The notes under the pieces are model-generated. The model made no database searches. It was not told where the DNA came from and was given only the letters and a program-made list of their open reading frames with translations. The position numbers and the translations under genes are program-made. This document shows, piece by piece, positions 19,757-29,245 of a stretch of DNA of 64,000 nt (within the stretch, counting starts at the first letter, position 1; every line of letters begins with the position of its first letter). The DNA is from Patescibacteria group bacterium (GTDB taxonomy: Bacteria; Patescibacteriota; Minisyncoccia; Minisyncoccales; JAQTPW01), in NCBI GenBank assembly GCA_043804755.1, contig JAZDIT010000044.1, positions 24 to 64,023 on the forward strand. Direction: 5' to 3'.

Positions 19757-20008
19757 ATGAAGGAAGATTATTTAAAAAATTTAAAGGAGTTTTCTCAAGG
19801 TCTAATAGGCCTCGGCCAGCTTATAGAGGAAAGCTTGTTACGAAAGCAGTCCCTCGAAGATGAGATAAAAAAAAGAGAAGCGGAAATAAGAAAGATACAG
19901 AACGATATTTTCGCCTTAAAAAGCGAATTAACCAAAGTCGGAATGGATCTGGTGAATCTTGAAGCGAGAAGAGAAGAGATCGGGAAGAAAAAGGATAAAA
20001 ATGCCTAA
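19757..20008 (+). CDS. Small coiled-coil protein (83 aa), function unknown
   Basis: Heptad-rich Glu/Lys sequence; overlaps the alaS start by 8 nt. Confidence 0.4.
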   Translation: MKEDYLKNLKEFSQGLIGLGQLIEESLLRKQSLEDEIKKREAEIRKIQNDIFALKSELTKVGMDLVNLEARREEIGKKKDKNA

Positions 20009-21776
20009 TATGAATTCCGTGGAACTTCGTAAGTCTTTTCTGGATTTTTTCAGGGAGAAAGGACATACCATCATACCATCGGCTTCTTTGATCCCCGAAA
20101 ACGATCCGACGGTGCTTTTTACCACCGCCGGCATGCACCCTCTGGTGCCTTTTTTGTTGGGGGAGAAACATCCCGGTGGAAAGAAATTGGCGAATGTTCA
20201 GATTTGCATCCGGACGGACGATATTGAGGAAGTAGGAGACGAAGTCCACCATACTTTTTTTGAGATGTTGGGTAACTGGTCACTTGGCGATTATTTCAAA
20301 GAGGAGACTATTAAATTGAGTTTTGAATTTTTAACATCAGAAAAATGGCTGAATATCAATAAAGACAATCTGGCCGTTTCTGTTTTTGTTGGAGATGAAG
20401 ATGCCCCAAAAGATCAGGAATCGAAAAAAATCTGGCTTGATCTTGGTATCTCCGAATCAAGAATAAAAGAACTTCCCAAGAAAGACAACTGGTGGGGACC
20501 GGCCGGGCAAACCGGGCCTTGCGGTCCGGATACGGAAATGTTTTATTGGGTCGGGACGGAAGCGGTTCCTAAAGAGTTTAATCCGACAGACAAAAGATGG
20601 GTGGAGATTTGGAATGATGTTTTTATGCAGTATTTCAAGGATATGGATGGAAAATATGAACCGCTTCCCCAGAAAAATGTTGATACCGGCATGGGTCTGG
20701 AAAGGATGCTGTCTGCGATGAACGGTCTGGCAGACGATTATAAAACGGATGTTTTCTTGCCGATCATCGAAAAAATAGAGGAATTGTCTGGCAAAAAATA
20801 TGAAGAAAACAAAAAAGAATTCAGGATTATTGCCGACCACGTTAAAGCCGCCACTTTTATCATTGGCGACCGAAAGGGAGTAGAACCGTCCAATTCTGGC
20901 CGAGGTGACGTAGTTAGACGCCTGTTAAGAAGAGCCATTCTTAGCGGAAGGGAATTAAGTTTACCGAAATTTTTTTTGGTACCATTAGTTAAAAAAATTA
21001 TTAAAATTTATGGTACTGCTTATCCGGAAATTAAGAGAAAAGAAAATGATGTTATAACTATAGTTGAAAATTGGGAAGAAAAATTCGAGAAAAGTATAGA
21101 AGCTGGAATAAAAGAAACTACTTCGCAAATAAGGACTTACAATGGGCTAACAGGAGTCGCAGCTTTTAAATCTTATCAAAGTTCAGGAACGCCCATCTCG
21201 GGTAGTATAAAAATAGCTAAAAAATTAGGTGTTAAAATCTCTCCAAATATAGAGCAAGAATTTAAGGAAGAACTTAGAAAACATCAAGAACTTTCCAGAA
21301 CCGCTTCCGCCGGAATGTTCAAAGGTGGTTTGGCTGATTCGGGCCTTCAGGCTACAAAATACCATACTGCAACCCATCTTTTGTTGGCGGTCCTGAGGCA
21401 GGTTTTAGGAGAGGGAGTTTTCCAAAAAGGCAGCAACATCACTGCGGAAAGAATGAGATTCGATTTCTCCCATCCCCAAAAAATGACGGAAGAAGAGATA
21501 AATAAAGTGCAGGACTTGGTGAATCAAAAAATCAAGGAAGATATGTCCGTAATATGCGAAGAAATGCCCCTGTCGGAAGCCAAAGAAAAAAAAGTAATGG
21601 GTGTTTTCGAAAGCAAATACGGAGACATCGTGAAGGTTTATACGATAGGCGATTTTTCACGGGAAATTTGCGGTGGTCCGCACGTTGCAAAAACATTCTC
21701 ATTGGGTAAATTTAAAATTGTAAAAGAAGAATCTTCTGGTGCGGGAGTCAGAAGAATAAAGGCGGTTTTGGAGTAG
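20001..21776 (+). CDS. alaS: Alanyl-tRNA synthetase, short form (catalytic plus editing core; no C-terminal C-Ala/DHHA1 region)
   Basis: Class II AlaRS N-terminal domain, HTATHLL editing motif; start set at the ATG at 20001. Confidence 0.85.
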   Translation: MPNMNSVELRKSFLDFFREKGHTIIPSASLIPENDPTVLFTTAGMHPLVPFLLGEKHPGGKKLANVQICIRTDDIEEVGDEVHHTFFEMLGNWSLGDYFKEETIKLSFEFLTSEKWLNINKDNLAVSVFVGDEDAPKDQESKKIWLDLGISESRIKELPKKDNWWGPAGQTGPCGPDTEMFYWVGTEAVPKEFNPTDKRWVEIWNDVFMQYFKDMDGKYEPLPQKNVDTGMGLERMLSAMNGLADDYKTDVFLPIIEKIEELSGKKYEENKKEFRIIADHVKAATFIIGDRKGVEPSNSGRGDVVRRLLRRAILSGRELSLPKFFLVPLVKKIIKIYGTAYPEIKRKENDVITIVENWEEKFEKSIEAGIKETTSQIRTYNGLTGVAAFKSYQSSGTPISGSIKIAKKLGVKISPNIEQEFKEELRKHQELSRTASAGMFKGGLADSGLQATKYHTATHLLLAVLRQVLGEGVFQKGSNITAERMRFDFSHPQKMTEEEINKVQDLVNQKIKEDMSVICEEMPLSEAKEKKVMGVFESKYGDIVKVYTIGDFSREICGGPHVAKTFSLGKFKIVKEESSGAGVRRIKAVLE

Positions 21777-21792
21777 ATGTTTTTGTGATAAA

Positions 21793-23013
21793 ATGGAAAA
21801 GGTAGGAAAAATCAAAGGGATGAAATCTTTTTTATTCAATAGATCCAGAAGAAAAGCCCTTTTGGCCGTAGATTTTGGAAGCGAATCGGTAAAATCTCTC
21901 GCATTCGGGAAGGAAAACGGGAAAATTCTGATTTTCGGCCATTCGATCCATTATTTTGAAAACCCGGAAATATTCGGAAGAGCCGCTTTGGCGGAAGAAT
22001 TCGTAAAAACGGCAATTTCAAATTCAATAAATGACTTGAAAAGACAGAATAATAAGGAACTCGACGGGGTAATTCTCGGATTGCCGTCCAGCATTCTGAA
22101 GGCGAGAATTTTCTGCGAAACATATGAACGGGGGAAAAGCCCGAAGAAAATTAGCGGGAAAGAAGAAAAAAATATTTACGGTTTGGTTATTGAGCAGGCG
22201 AAAAAGAACATATCCCGGATTTATGCCGAAGACCACGGAATTATGCCTCAGGATATCCATTTTATTGTTCTGAAAATATCAGGGATAAAAATCGATGGCT
22301 ATGAGGTGGAAAAAATTTCAGGTTTTTCGGGAGAAACGATAGAATTTAAGTTTGTGGCAACTTTTTTGCCGAAACATTATCTGGAAATTTTTGAGAGGAT
22401 TTTTAACCAACTGGGGTTAAAAATCCTGCGGATAACCCATGAGATAGAATTGTTGCCGGATATTATTTCGAATACGGCTTCGGATGGCATTTTCATCGAT
22501 TTGGGAGGAGATATCACCCAAATATTCCTTGTAAGGAAAGGTGAATTAGAAAAGTTTGAAGAAGTGAACGTTGGCGGAAGAATTTTTTCGAGAATAATTT
22601 CTCAAACGCTCGGGATTTCCGATGATGAAGCGAGAATTATAAAAGAAAAATACACGAATAAAGAACTGTCTGAAGAAGGCAGGAGAAAATTAAAAGAGAT
22701 TATTTCAAGAGATTTGCAGAATTGGTTCGATAATTTAAAATTAAAACTGTTCAAGAATAAAAAGTTCTTGCCTTCGCAGATTTTCATCTTCGGAGGGGGA
22801 AGCCGGATGCTTGGGGTTGAGGATATTCTTACTGATGGTGACTGGGGATCCAATCCGCTTTCCGAAGACCCTGTTTTGGCAGAGCCTTATTTTTCATTTA
22901 TTTCCAACCCCAAAGCTAAACCAATTTCGCCCTTCGATATCAAAAAGAACATAGATATTATAAAAGGATTAAATAACCCGCAATTTACGCCAGTTTTTCT
23001 TCAAATAAAATGA
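21793..23013 (+). CDS. Actin-fold ATPase of the PilM/FtsA family
   Basis: LLAVDFGSESVKS, IDLGGDITQI, FGGGSRMLG phosphate/adenosine motifs. Confidence 0.55.
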   Translation: MEKVGKIKGMKSFLFNRSRRKALLAVDFGSESVKSLAFGKENGKILIFGHSIHYFENPEIFGRAALAEEFVKTAISNSINDLKRQNNKELDGVILGLPSSILKARIFCETYERGKSPKKISGKEEKNIYGLVIEQAKKNISRIYAEDHGIMPQDIHFIVLKISGIKIDGYEVEKISGFSGETIEFKFVATFLPKHYLEIFERIFNQLGLKILRITHEIELLPDIISNTASDGIFIDLGGDITQIFLVRKGELEKFEEVNVGGRIFSRIISQTLGISDDEARIIKEKYTNKELSEEGRRKLKEIISRDLQNWFDNLKLKLFKNKKFLPSQIFIFGGGSRMLGVEDILTDGDWGSNPLSEDPVLAEPYFSFISNPKAKPISPFDIKKNIDIIKGLNNPQFTPVFLQIK

Positions 23014-24290
23014 ACAATCAACCTCCAAAAATTTTCGATATACTGCCTCCGCAAAAACAAAAAATAGAATATAATCTATCCCCCAAAAAACCGGAAAAAC
23101 GTCCGTCGGCAACGTCCGAAAAGAAAAACGATTCCAGGCCCTCTTTTCTCAAGAAATTCCTGATACTTTTATTTTTTTTGATAATAATATTCGTTTTGGC
23201 TTCGCAATTTCTTCTGGCGAGAACTGAAATCCAAATTTGGCCCGAAACCCAAACTCTCGGTTCAAAAGAAAAGATAACGGTAAATACGGCTCAGAGTACG
23301 GTAAGCGTTTCTGCAAAAAGCATTCCCGGGAAGATTTTCGAAGAGGAAAAAACGGTTTCACAGGAGTTTCTGGCAACCGGAAAAGTCACAAAGGGCGAGA
23401 AAGCCCAAGGCAAGATTGTGGTTTATAATAATTATTCCACCGCAGCGCAGGTTTTAGTGGCTAATACGAGATTCATTTCCTCCGACGGAAAACTTTTCAG
23501 GACCGTTGAAAAAGTTACGATACCGGGCGGCACTCTTTCTGGCGGTAAACTTCAGCCGGGCTCACTCGAAATAAAAGTTGTCGCGGACCAGGCTGGTGAG
23601 GATTACAATATCGGAGCCACGACATTTTCCATACCGGGTTTCGTGGGTACTCCGAAATACACTGCTTTTTACGGAAAATCTTTTGAGAAAATGACGGGCG
23701 GATCAATCGGCGAAGTTCCGCAGGTTACGAAAGAAGATCTCGATAAGGCTAAAAAAGCCCTGACAGACAGAGTTCTCGAGGAAGGCGAAGCGTCTTTGAA
23801 AGTCAAAATTCCCTCTGACTATATTTTGCTTGACGGAGCGATAACTTCCGAAATTATTTCGGCTACCTCTTCCGCGATTGTAGGAAAAGAAAGCAAAAAT
23901 TTCACTTATCAAGCCAAAGCAAAATTAAAAGCAGTAGTTTTTAAGGAATCAGATTTCAAAAATTTTCTCATGGAAATAGCCGTTTCCAAAAAGCCGGATG
24001 GACAAAAAATCCAGGAAGAGAGTTTGAAATCGGGATCGATTACCGTTGATTCGATTGATATAAATGCGGGGAAAATTTCTTTGAGTTTTGATATGTCCGC
24101 CAAAACTTATTCGGACATTAATGAAGAACAGCTGAGGGAAGCATTGAATGGAAAGCCCATTGAAGAAGCCCAACAAATAATGTCCAACCAAGAGGGAATT
24201 GTCAAAGCTCAGATAAAATCCTGGCCTTTCTGGATAAGCAGGATGCCGGAAGACGCCGAAGAAGTCAAAATAGAGCTCATTCTTGACTAG
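23010..24290 (+). CDS. Bitopic membrane protein, PilN-like N-terminus plus large extracytoplasmic domain
   Basis: N-terminal KIFDILPP peptide, then a single TM helix; 4-nt overlap with the upstream ATPase gene. Confidence 0.4.
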   Translation: MNNQPPKIFDILPPQKQKIEYNLSPKKPEKRPSATSEKKNDSRPSFLKKFLILLFFLIIIFVLASQFLLARTEIQIWPETQTLGSKEKITVNTAQSTVSVSAKSIPGKIFEEEKTVSQEFLATGKVTKGEKAQGKIVVYNNYSTAAQVLVANTRFISSDGKLFRTVEKVTIPGGTLSGGKLQPGSLEIKVVADQAGEDYNIGATTFSIPGFVGTPKYTAFYGKSFEKMTGGSIGEVPQVTKEDLDKAKKALTDRVLEEGEASLKVKIPSDYILLDGAITSEIISATSSAIVGKESKNFTYQAKAKLKAVVFKESDFKNFLMEIAVSKKPDGQKIQEESLKSGSITVDSIDINAGKISLSFDMSAKTYSDINEEQLREALNGKPIEEAQQIMSNQEGIVKAQIKSWPFWISRMPEDAEEVKIELILD

Positions 24291-24326
24291 GGGAGGATAA
24301 TCTGGTAATATTTAACCATTGCCCAT

Positions 24327-24551
24327 TTGATGAACCAAGATAAAAGAAATTTACAGAAAAGAGGAATAGTTCTGGAGGCTTTACCAAGCACGCTTTTTAA
24401 GGTAAAGTTGGAAGACGGGAAAGAGGTTTTAGCCCATTTGGCTGGAAAATTAAGAATATTCAGAATCAAAATTTTACCAGGTGATAAAGTGATGGTGGAA
24501 ACTAATCCCTATGACGAAAAGAGGGGAAGAATAGTTTACAGGGGAAAATAA
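24327..24551 (+). CDS. infA: Translation initiation factor IF-1
   Basis: S1-like OB fold; IF-1 family. Confidence 0.92.
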   Translation: MMNQDKRNLQKRGIVLEALPSTLFKVKLEDGKEVLAHLAGKLRIFRIKILPGDKVMVETNPYDEKRGRIVYRGK

Positions 24552-24639
24552 TCTCACTCGGCGCGATATGGGCGCGTAATAACGAATTGTTGTTGACCAA
24601 TAATTCGTTTCATGTTATATATTTAATGTTTTGTCATAA

Positions 24640-24753
24640 ATGAAAGTTAAGCCTTCCGTCAAAAAAATTTGTAAAAATTGTGAAGTCGTCCGCAGAAAGG
24701 GGCGAGTTTATATAATATGCAAAAACCCCAAGCATAAACAGCGTCAGGGGTAA
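24640..24753 (+). CDS. rpmJ: 50S ribosomal protein L36 (zinc ribbon)
   Basis: [37 protein letters not shown]; missed by the 60-aa ORF cutoff. Confidence 0.93.
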   Translation: MKVKPSVKKICKNCEVVRRKGRVYIICKNPKHKQRQG

Positions 24754-24770
24754 ACTCTTATCAATATTTT

Positions 24771-25160
24771 ATGCCGAGAATCGCAGGGATAAGCATCCCG
24801 GAAAACAAACAAATAGGGATAGCGTTGGGATATATTTATGGAATAGGTCCTTCTTTAAGCAGGAAAATTTTGAATGAGGCCAAGATTGAACCTACGCGAA
24901 AGGCATCCGAATTGACCACGGATGAGGTTTCGCGTCTGAAAGACATTATTGAAAAAAATTACAAAATCGAGGGGGAACTGAGGAGAGAAATTATGATGAA
25001 TATAAAGCGATTAAAAGATATAAACAGCTGGAGAGGCGTTCGTCATATTAAGGGACTGCCGGTCAGGGGACAAAGGACTAAAACAAATACGAGAACCGTC
25101 AGAGGAAATGTCAGAAAAACCGTAGGTTCCGGAAGAAAACCTGCGGCGGAAGCAACGTAA
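24771..25160 (+). CDS. rpsM: 30S ribosomal protein S13
   Basis: MPRIAGISIPENKQIGIALGYIYGIG... Confidence 0.95.
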   Translation: MPRIAGISIPENKQIGIALGYIYGIGPSLSRKILNEAKIEPTRKASELTTDEVSRLKDIIEKNYKIEGELRREIMMNIKRLKDINSWRGVRHIKGLPVRGQRTKTNTRTVRGNVRKTVGSGRKPAAEAT

Positions 25161-25172
25161 TAGATAATCTAA

Positions 25173-25628
25173 ATGGGGAAAAAGCACGTAATTAAAAAAA
25201 GCGAAGAAGAATTGGTGAAAGAAGGGGCTAAGATGGAAGAAAATTTGAAAAAAGAGCCCCAAATAGTCGCGCCATCAAAAAGGATTGACGAGGGGCGCGT
25301 CTATATCAAATCTTCCTATAATAACACGATAATTACTTTGACCGATAAGAACGGCAATGTTTTAGGTTGGGTAAGTTCTGGCGGAATCGGATTTAAGGGA
25401 AGCAAAAAAGCCACCCCGTTTGCCGCGTCGAAAGTCGCGGAAAATGTCGCACAGATTGCCCAAAAGATCGGGGTTTCGAAGATCGCGGTTTTTGTGAAAG
25501 GGATAGGATCGGGCAGAGAATCGGCAATAAGGTCATTAGCAGCCAGAGGATTCGATATCCTTTCCATTAAAGACGAGACACCCATACCTCACAACGGTTG
25601 TCGTCCGCCAAAAACAAGAAGGGTTTAA
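25173..25628 (+). CDS. rpsK: 30S ribosomal protein S11 (N-terminal extension)
   Basis: S11 core ([27 protein letters not shown]). Confidence 0.9.
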   Translation: MGKKHVIKKSEEELVKEGAKMEENLKKEPQIVAPSKRIDEGRVYIKSSYNNTIITLTDKNGNVLGWVSSGGIGFKGSKKATPFAASKVAENVAQIAQKIGVSKIAVFVKGIGSGRESAIRSLAARGFDILSIKDETPIPHNGCRPPKTRRV

Positions 25629-25650
25629 CAATTTTCGTCACACTCAAATT

Positions 25651-26280
25651 ATGGAAGATCCAAAATGTAAAATTTGCAGAAGATTAGGAACCAAAGTCTT
25701 TTTGAAAGGAGACCGCTGTTATTCTGCGAAATGCGCTTTCTTAAGAAGACCATATCCGCCAGGTCCGAAACACAAAAGAAGGACACGCCAGCTTTCCGAA
25801 TACGGAAAAGAATTAGCCGAAAAGCAAAAATTAAAAAATTGGTATAATTTGAATGAGGGGCAGTTCAGAAATTACGTTAAAAAGGTTCTTTCCAAGCGAG
25901 GAAAAGTGGAGAATGCGGCCGAGGAACTTATCGTCAATCTGGAGAATCGTTTTGACAACGTGGTTTTTCGGCTGGGGTTCGCTCCTTCAAGGCCTCAGGC
26001 TCAGCAGATAGTTTCTCACGGTCTTTTGTCCGTTAACGGAAAAACTATAGATACTCCGTCTCACAAAATGAAAATCGGAGACGTCATAAGCCCTCGTCCT
26101 CAGAAAATTAAAAAAATTATTTTCCAAAATCTTAAAAATATTATTAAAAATTATAAAACTCCGAAATGGCTGCAGCTTGATGCCGAAAAATTGGAAGGGA
26201 AGGTAATCGGAAAGCCGACCATTGGAGAAGCGGCGCCGCCAGCGGAGGTTTCAGTTATTTTCGAATTTTATTCTCGATAA
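25651..26280 (+). CDS. rpsD: 30S ribosomal protein S4 (zinc-ribbon N-terminus)
   Basis: CKICRRLG...CYSAKC Cys4; S4 domain. Confidence 0.92.
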   Translation: MEDPKCKICRRLGTKVFLKGDRCYSAKCAFLRRPYPPGPKHKRRTRQLSEYGKELAEKQKLKNWYNLNEGQFRNYVKKVLSKRGKVENAAEELIVNLENRFDNVVFRLGFAPSRPQAQQIVSHGLLSVNGKTIDTPSHKMKIGDVISPRPQKIKKIIFQNLKNIIKNYKTPKWLQLDAEKLEGKVIGKPTIGEAAPPAEVSVIFEFYSR

Positions 26281-26303
26281 ATTAACCATTAATAAACTAA
26301 TTC

Positions 26304-27089
26304 ATGATTCCCTTACCAACTCAACCAAAAATCGTCAAAAGAGAAGGAAACAAAGTCCTGTTCGAGATAGAGGCTTTATATCCCGGATACGGGGTCACGG
26401 TCGGAAACTCCTTGAGAAGGGTTTTGTTGTCGTCTCTGCAGGGGGCCGCAGTAACCCAAATGAAAATAAAAGGTGTTTCCCATGAATTCTCGACCATCCC
26501 GGGCATCAAAGAAGACGTCATAACGATAATGCTCAATTTGAAAAAATTGAGGTTCCGCGCCTTTTCCGACGAGCCTCAAATGGGCAGACTGCATATAAAG
26601 GGCGAGAAAGAAGTAAAGGGCTCCGATTTTGAATTACCGAGCCAGGTGGAACTGATAAATGGCGACAGCCATATAGCTTCTTTGACCGCCAAAACTTCCG
26701 ATTTGGAACTGGAAATAACGATAGAAAAGGGAATCGCATATTCTCCGCGCGAAGGCAGAAAAAAAGAAAAAGTAGAGATAGGAACGATTCCCATAGATGC
26801 GATTTTCTCTCCGATTAAAAGAATAAGTTTTAAAGTTGAAAATATGCGCGTCGGTGAAAGAACTGATTTTGACAAGCTTTCTCTGGAGATTGAAACCGAT
26901 GGTACGGTAAAGCCGGAAACGGCATTCGCACAGGCTTCAGAAACCCTGGTCAAACATTTTTCATTGCTTGCAGAGACATTTCAAACAGAAGAATCATTAC
27001 CGTCGGCTAAAACCGCATCGGGAAAAAAGGCAAGAAAGAAAAAGACAGTTTCTTCCGTAAAAAAACATGAGAAAAAGAAAAAAGGGTAG
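26304..27089 (+). CDS. rpoA: DNA-directed RNA polymerase alpha subunit, N-terminal domain only (no alpha-CTD; Lys-rich tail)
   Basis: Alpha NTD motifs (GNSLRRVLLSS...); 261 aa ending in KKARKKKTVSSVKKHEKKKKG. Confidence 0.88.
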   Translation: MIPLPTQPKIVKREGNKVLFEIEALYPGYGVTVGNSLRRVLLSSLQGAAVTQMKIKGVSHEFSTIPGIKEDVITIMLNLKKLRFRAFSDEPQMGRLHIKGEKEVKGSDFELPSQVELINGDSHIASLTAKTSDLELEITIEKGIAYSPREGRKKEKVEIGTIPIDAIFSPIKRISFKVENMRVGERTDFDKLSLEIETDGTVKPETAFAQASETLVKHFSLLAETFQTEESLPSAKTASGKKARKKKTVSSVKKHEKKKKG

Positions 27090-27417
27090 AAAATTAAGCC
27101 TGAAAACCGATCAGAGAAAAGCGCTTTTGAGATCGGTGGCAGAATCTCTTTTCTTAAAAGAAAAGATAAAAACTACTGAAGCCAAAGCCAAGGAGGTTGC
27201 CGGTTTGGTGGAAAAAATGATAACGAAAGCCAAAAAAGGCGACATGGCGGCAGTGCGAAGTCTATCGAGATTTTTTTCGGATAGAATAGTGAAAAAGCTG
27301 ATAAAAGAAATCGCACCGAGATATGTGGCCAGAATGGGAGGCTATACCAGAATAATCAAACTTGGACCGAGGAAAAACGATGCCTCAAAAATGGCGATAG
27401 TGGAATTAGTTAAATAA
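27067..27417 (+). CDS. rplQ: 50S ribosomal protein L17
   Basis: L17 family. Confidence 0.9.
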   Translation: MRKRKKGRKLSLKTDQRKALLRSVAESLFLKEKIKTTEAKAKEVAGLVEKMITKAKKGDMAAVRSLSRFFSDRIVKKLIKEIAPRYVARMGGYTRIIKLGPRKNDASKMAIVELVK

Positions 27418-27555
27418 GAACCTTCGCTTCGCGAAGAACCTTGATTCTTCAGAAATAAGAACCTTCGCTTCGCGAAGAACCTCGATTCTTCGGAAATAAG
27501 AGCATTCGCTTCGCAAAGAACCTTGATTCTTCGCAAGCTCAAAAATGAAAATAAA
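27415..27555 (+). repeat. Tandem array of three intercistronic palindromic repeat units (41-nt period), rplQ-rplM junction
   Basis: TAAGAACCTTCGCTTCGCGAAGAACCTTGATTCTTCAGAAA, then a near-identical second unit, then a third unit extended to GCTCAAAAATGAAAATAAA-ATG. Confidence 0.9.
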
Positions 27556-27903
27556 ATGGAGCGCAAAACTTATACAATAGACGCAACAAACAGAGTATTG
27601 GGAAGATTGGCGGTGCAGATAGCAAATTTATTGAGGGGGAAAAGGAAAACGGATTACGTTCCTTATAAAGATATGGGAGATTTCGTCGTGGTGAAGAATA
27701 TCAAAAGCATCATGGTGACCGGGAAAAAAACCGATCAAAAAAAGTACTACAGCCATTCCGAGTATTTGGGAGGCCTCAAGGAAATATCCTATAAAAAACT
27801 TTTCGAAAAAAATCCGGCGGAAGTCCTGAAAAGAGCCGTTTTCGGGATGCTGCCCATAAATAAGCTCAGAAACGAGCAAATTAAAAGATTGATAATAGAG
27901 TAA
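27556..27903 (+). CDS. rplM: 50S ribosomal protein L13
   Basis: Start moved to the ATG at 27556 (MERKTYTIDATNRVLGRLAVQIANLLRGK). Confidence 0.92.
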   Translation: MERKTYTIDATNRVLGRLAVQIANLLRGKRKTDYVPYKDMGDFVVVKNIKSIMVTGKKTDQKKYYSHSEYLGGLKEISYKKLFEKNPAEVLKRAVFGMLPINKLRNEQIKRLIIE

Positions 27904-27910
27904 ACCAATT

Positions 27911-28432
27911 ATGGAAAAAACCGTTACCAAAAAAATCGTAAAGAAGGAAGCAAAAGATGTGAAAGAAAAAAAACCGAGAGCGGTGAAGACTAAGAAAAAG
28001 GCTGAAATTTCAGCAGAAGTGGTCAAACTGGTTTCAAAACCCGGAAAATATTTTGAAGCTGTCGGAAGAAGAAAAACTTCAATAGCCAGAGTGAGAATTT
28101 TTCCGCAGGACGAAGGAGATTTTTCGGTCAACGGAAAAACCCTCGATCAATATTTCGGCGACAAAGATCTCCAAACGATAGCTCAAGATTCTCTGAATGC
28201 GATGAATACTTCCGATAAATTCCGCGTTTCAGTCGTATTAAAGGGCGGCGGTTTGCACTCACAGGCCGAAGCGATAAGACATGGAATAGCAAGAGCCTTG
28301 GTTTTATTTAATTCTGAATTCAAGAAAAAATTAAAAAAAGCAGGATTCTTGACGAGAGATCCGAGAATGAGAGAGAGAAAGAAGTTCGGTTTGAAGAGAG
28401 CAAGAAGAGCGCCACAGTGGCAAAAACGGTAA
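27911..28432 (+). CDS. rpsI: 30S ribosomal protein S9 (about 40-aa Lys-rich N-terminal extension)
   Basis: S9 core with C-terminal ...KRARRAPQWQKR. Confidence 0.9.
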   Translation: MEKTVTKKIVKKEAKDVKEKKPRAVKTKKKAEISAEVVKLVSKPGKYFEAVGRRKTSIARVRIFPQDEGDFSVNGKTLDQYFGDKDLQTIAQDSLNAMNTSDKFRVSVVLKGGGLHSQAEAIRHGIARALVLFNSEFKKKLKKAGFLTRDPRMRERKKFGLKRARRAPQWQKR

Positions 28433-28458
28433 AATCCATCATCCACACAATGATTTCA

Positions 28459-28485
28459 GGGTTGAGTTTTACTCAACCCTTTTAA
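28459..28485 (+). terminator. Rho-independent terminator after rpsI (GGGTTGAGTTTTACTCAACCC + TTTT)
   Basis: 8-bp stem plus T-run. Confidence 0.65.
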
Positions 28486-28520
28486 ATAATCCGTTATTCC
28501 TGTATAATTACATTACTAAT

Positions 28521-29204
28521 ATGCTACACGAGATTATAGATAAATTTTATTTGGACAGGCAAAAAGACAAAGATCAACGCCATTTTTATATTACCGATGC
28601 GGGAAAATGTCCGCGGGCTATATTCTTCAAATTCAAAAACGCTCCCAGGGAAGAAATGGGTGCGAATATTCTGAGAATGTTCGATCACGGAGATCACATC
28701 CATCAGTTGATAATGAAGCCTTTACTTTCCGTCAGGGAAATCCATGTGGTCGCTTCCGAAGTGAATATCCCGCCCCAGGCGCTTATTTCGGGCCGGGCAG
28801 ATGCGATTTTAAGCGATGGGAAAGATTTGTATGTTCTTGATATAAAAAGCATGAACAGCATGATTTTTAAAAACCTTGAAGCTGCCAAAGAAGAAAATAT
28901 TGATCAAGTCCAGCTATATTTGCACTATTTCAGGATTCCCAAAGGGTTGCTCTTATACGTTGATAAGGACAGGCTCGATTTGAAAGAGTTTGAGGTGGTC
29001 TATGACAAAGAAAGGGCGGAAAATCTTCTAAAAAATTTGAGTGAATTGAAAGAAAAAATAGATAAAAACACTATCCCTACGAGAATCGCAAGCTATCCCG
29101 ATGATTGGCAATGTAAATATTGCGCTTTCAAAGAAATTTGCAAAATGGCGAATGGCGGTGAGATTGGCTGGGAGGATTTCAAAAAAAAGATAGAAAAAAG
29201 TTAA
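28521..29204 (+). CDS. Cas4-like PD-(D/E)xK nuclease with Fe-S cluster cysteines (DUF83/RecB-nuclease family), standalone
   Basis: N-terminal Cys (GKCP), GRADAIL, LDIK, QLYLHY motifs; C-terminal C-x2-C-x5-C (CKYCAFKEIC). Confidence 0.7.
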   Translation: MLHEIIDKFYLDRQKDKDQRHFYITDAGKCPRAIFFKFKNAPREEMGANILRMFDHGDHIHQLIMKPLLSVREIHVVASEVNIPPQALISGRADAILSDGKDLYVLDIKSMNSMIFKNLEAAKEENIDQVQLYLHYFRIPKGLLLYVDKDRLDLKEFEVVYDKERAENLLKNLSELKEKIDKNTIPTRIASYPDDWQCKYCAFKEICKMANGGEIGWEDFKKKIEKS

Positions 29205-29240
29205 CAAAAAAACAGCCCGTACGGGCTGTTTTTTTGTTTG
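29205..29240. terminator. Bidirectional terminator between convergent genes (A7-CAGCCCGTACGGGCTG-T7)
   Basis: Perfect palindrome flanked by an A-run and a T-run. Confidence 0.75.
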
Positions 29241-29245
29241 AAAAC

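Noticed and set aside
27415-27555. Possible CRISPR array (three ~41-nt direct repeats)
   Set aside because: The repeats are contiguous with no spacers, belong to the intergenic repeat family found at five other junctions, and no cas1/cas2 genes are nearby.
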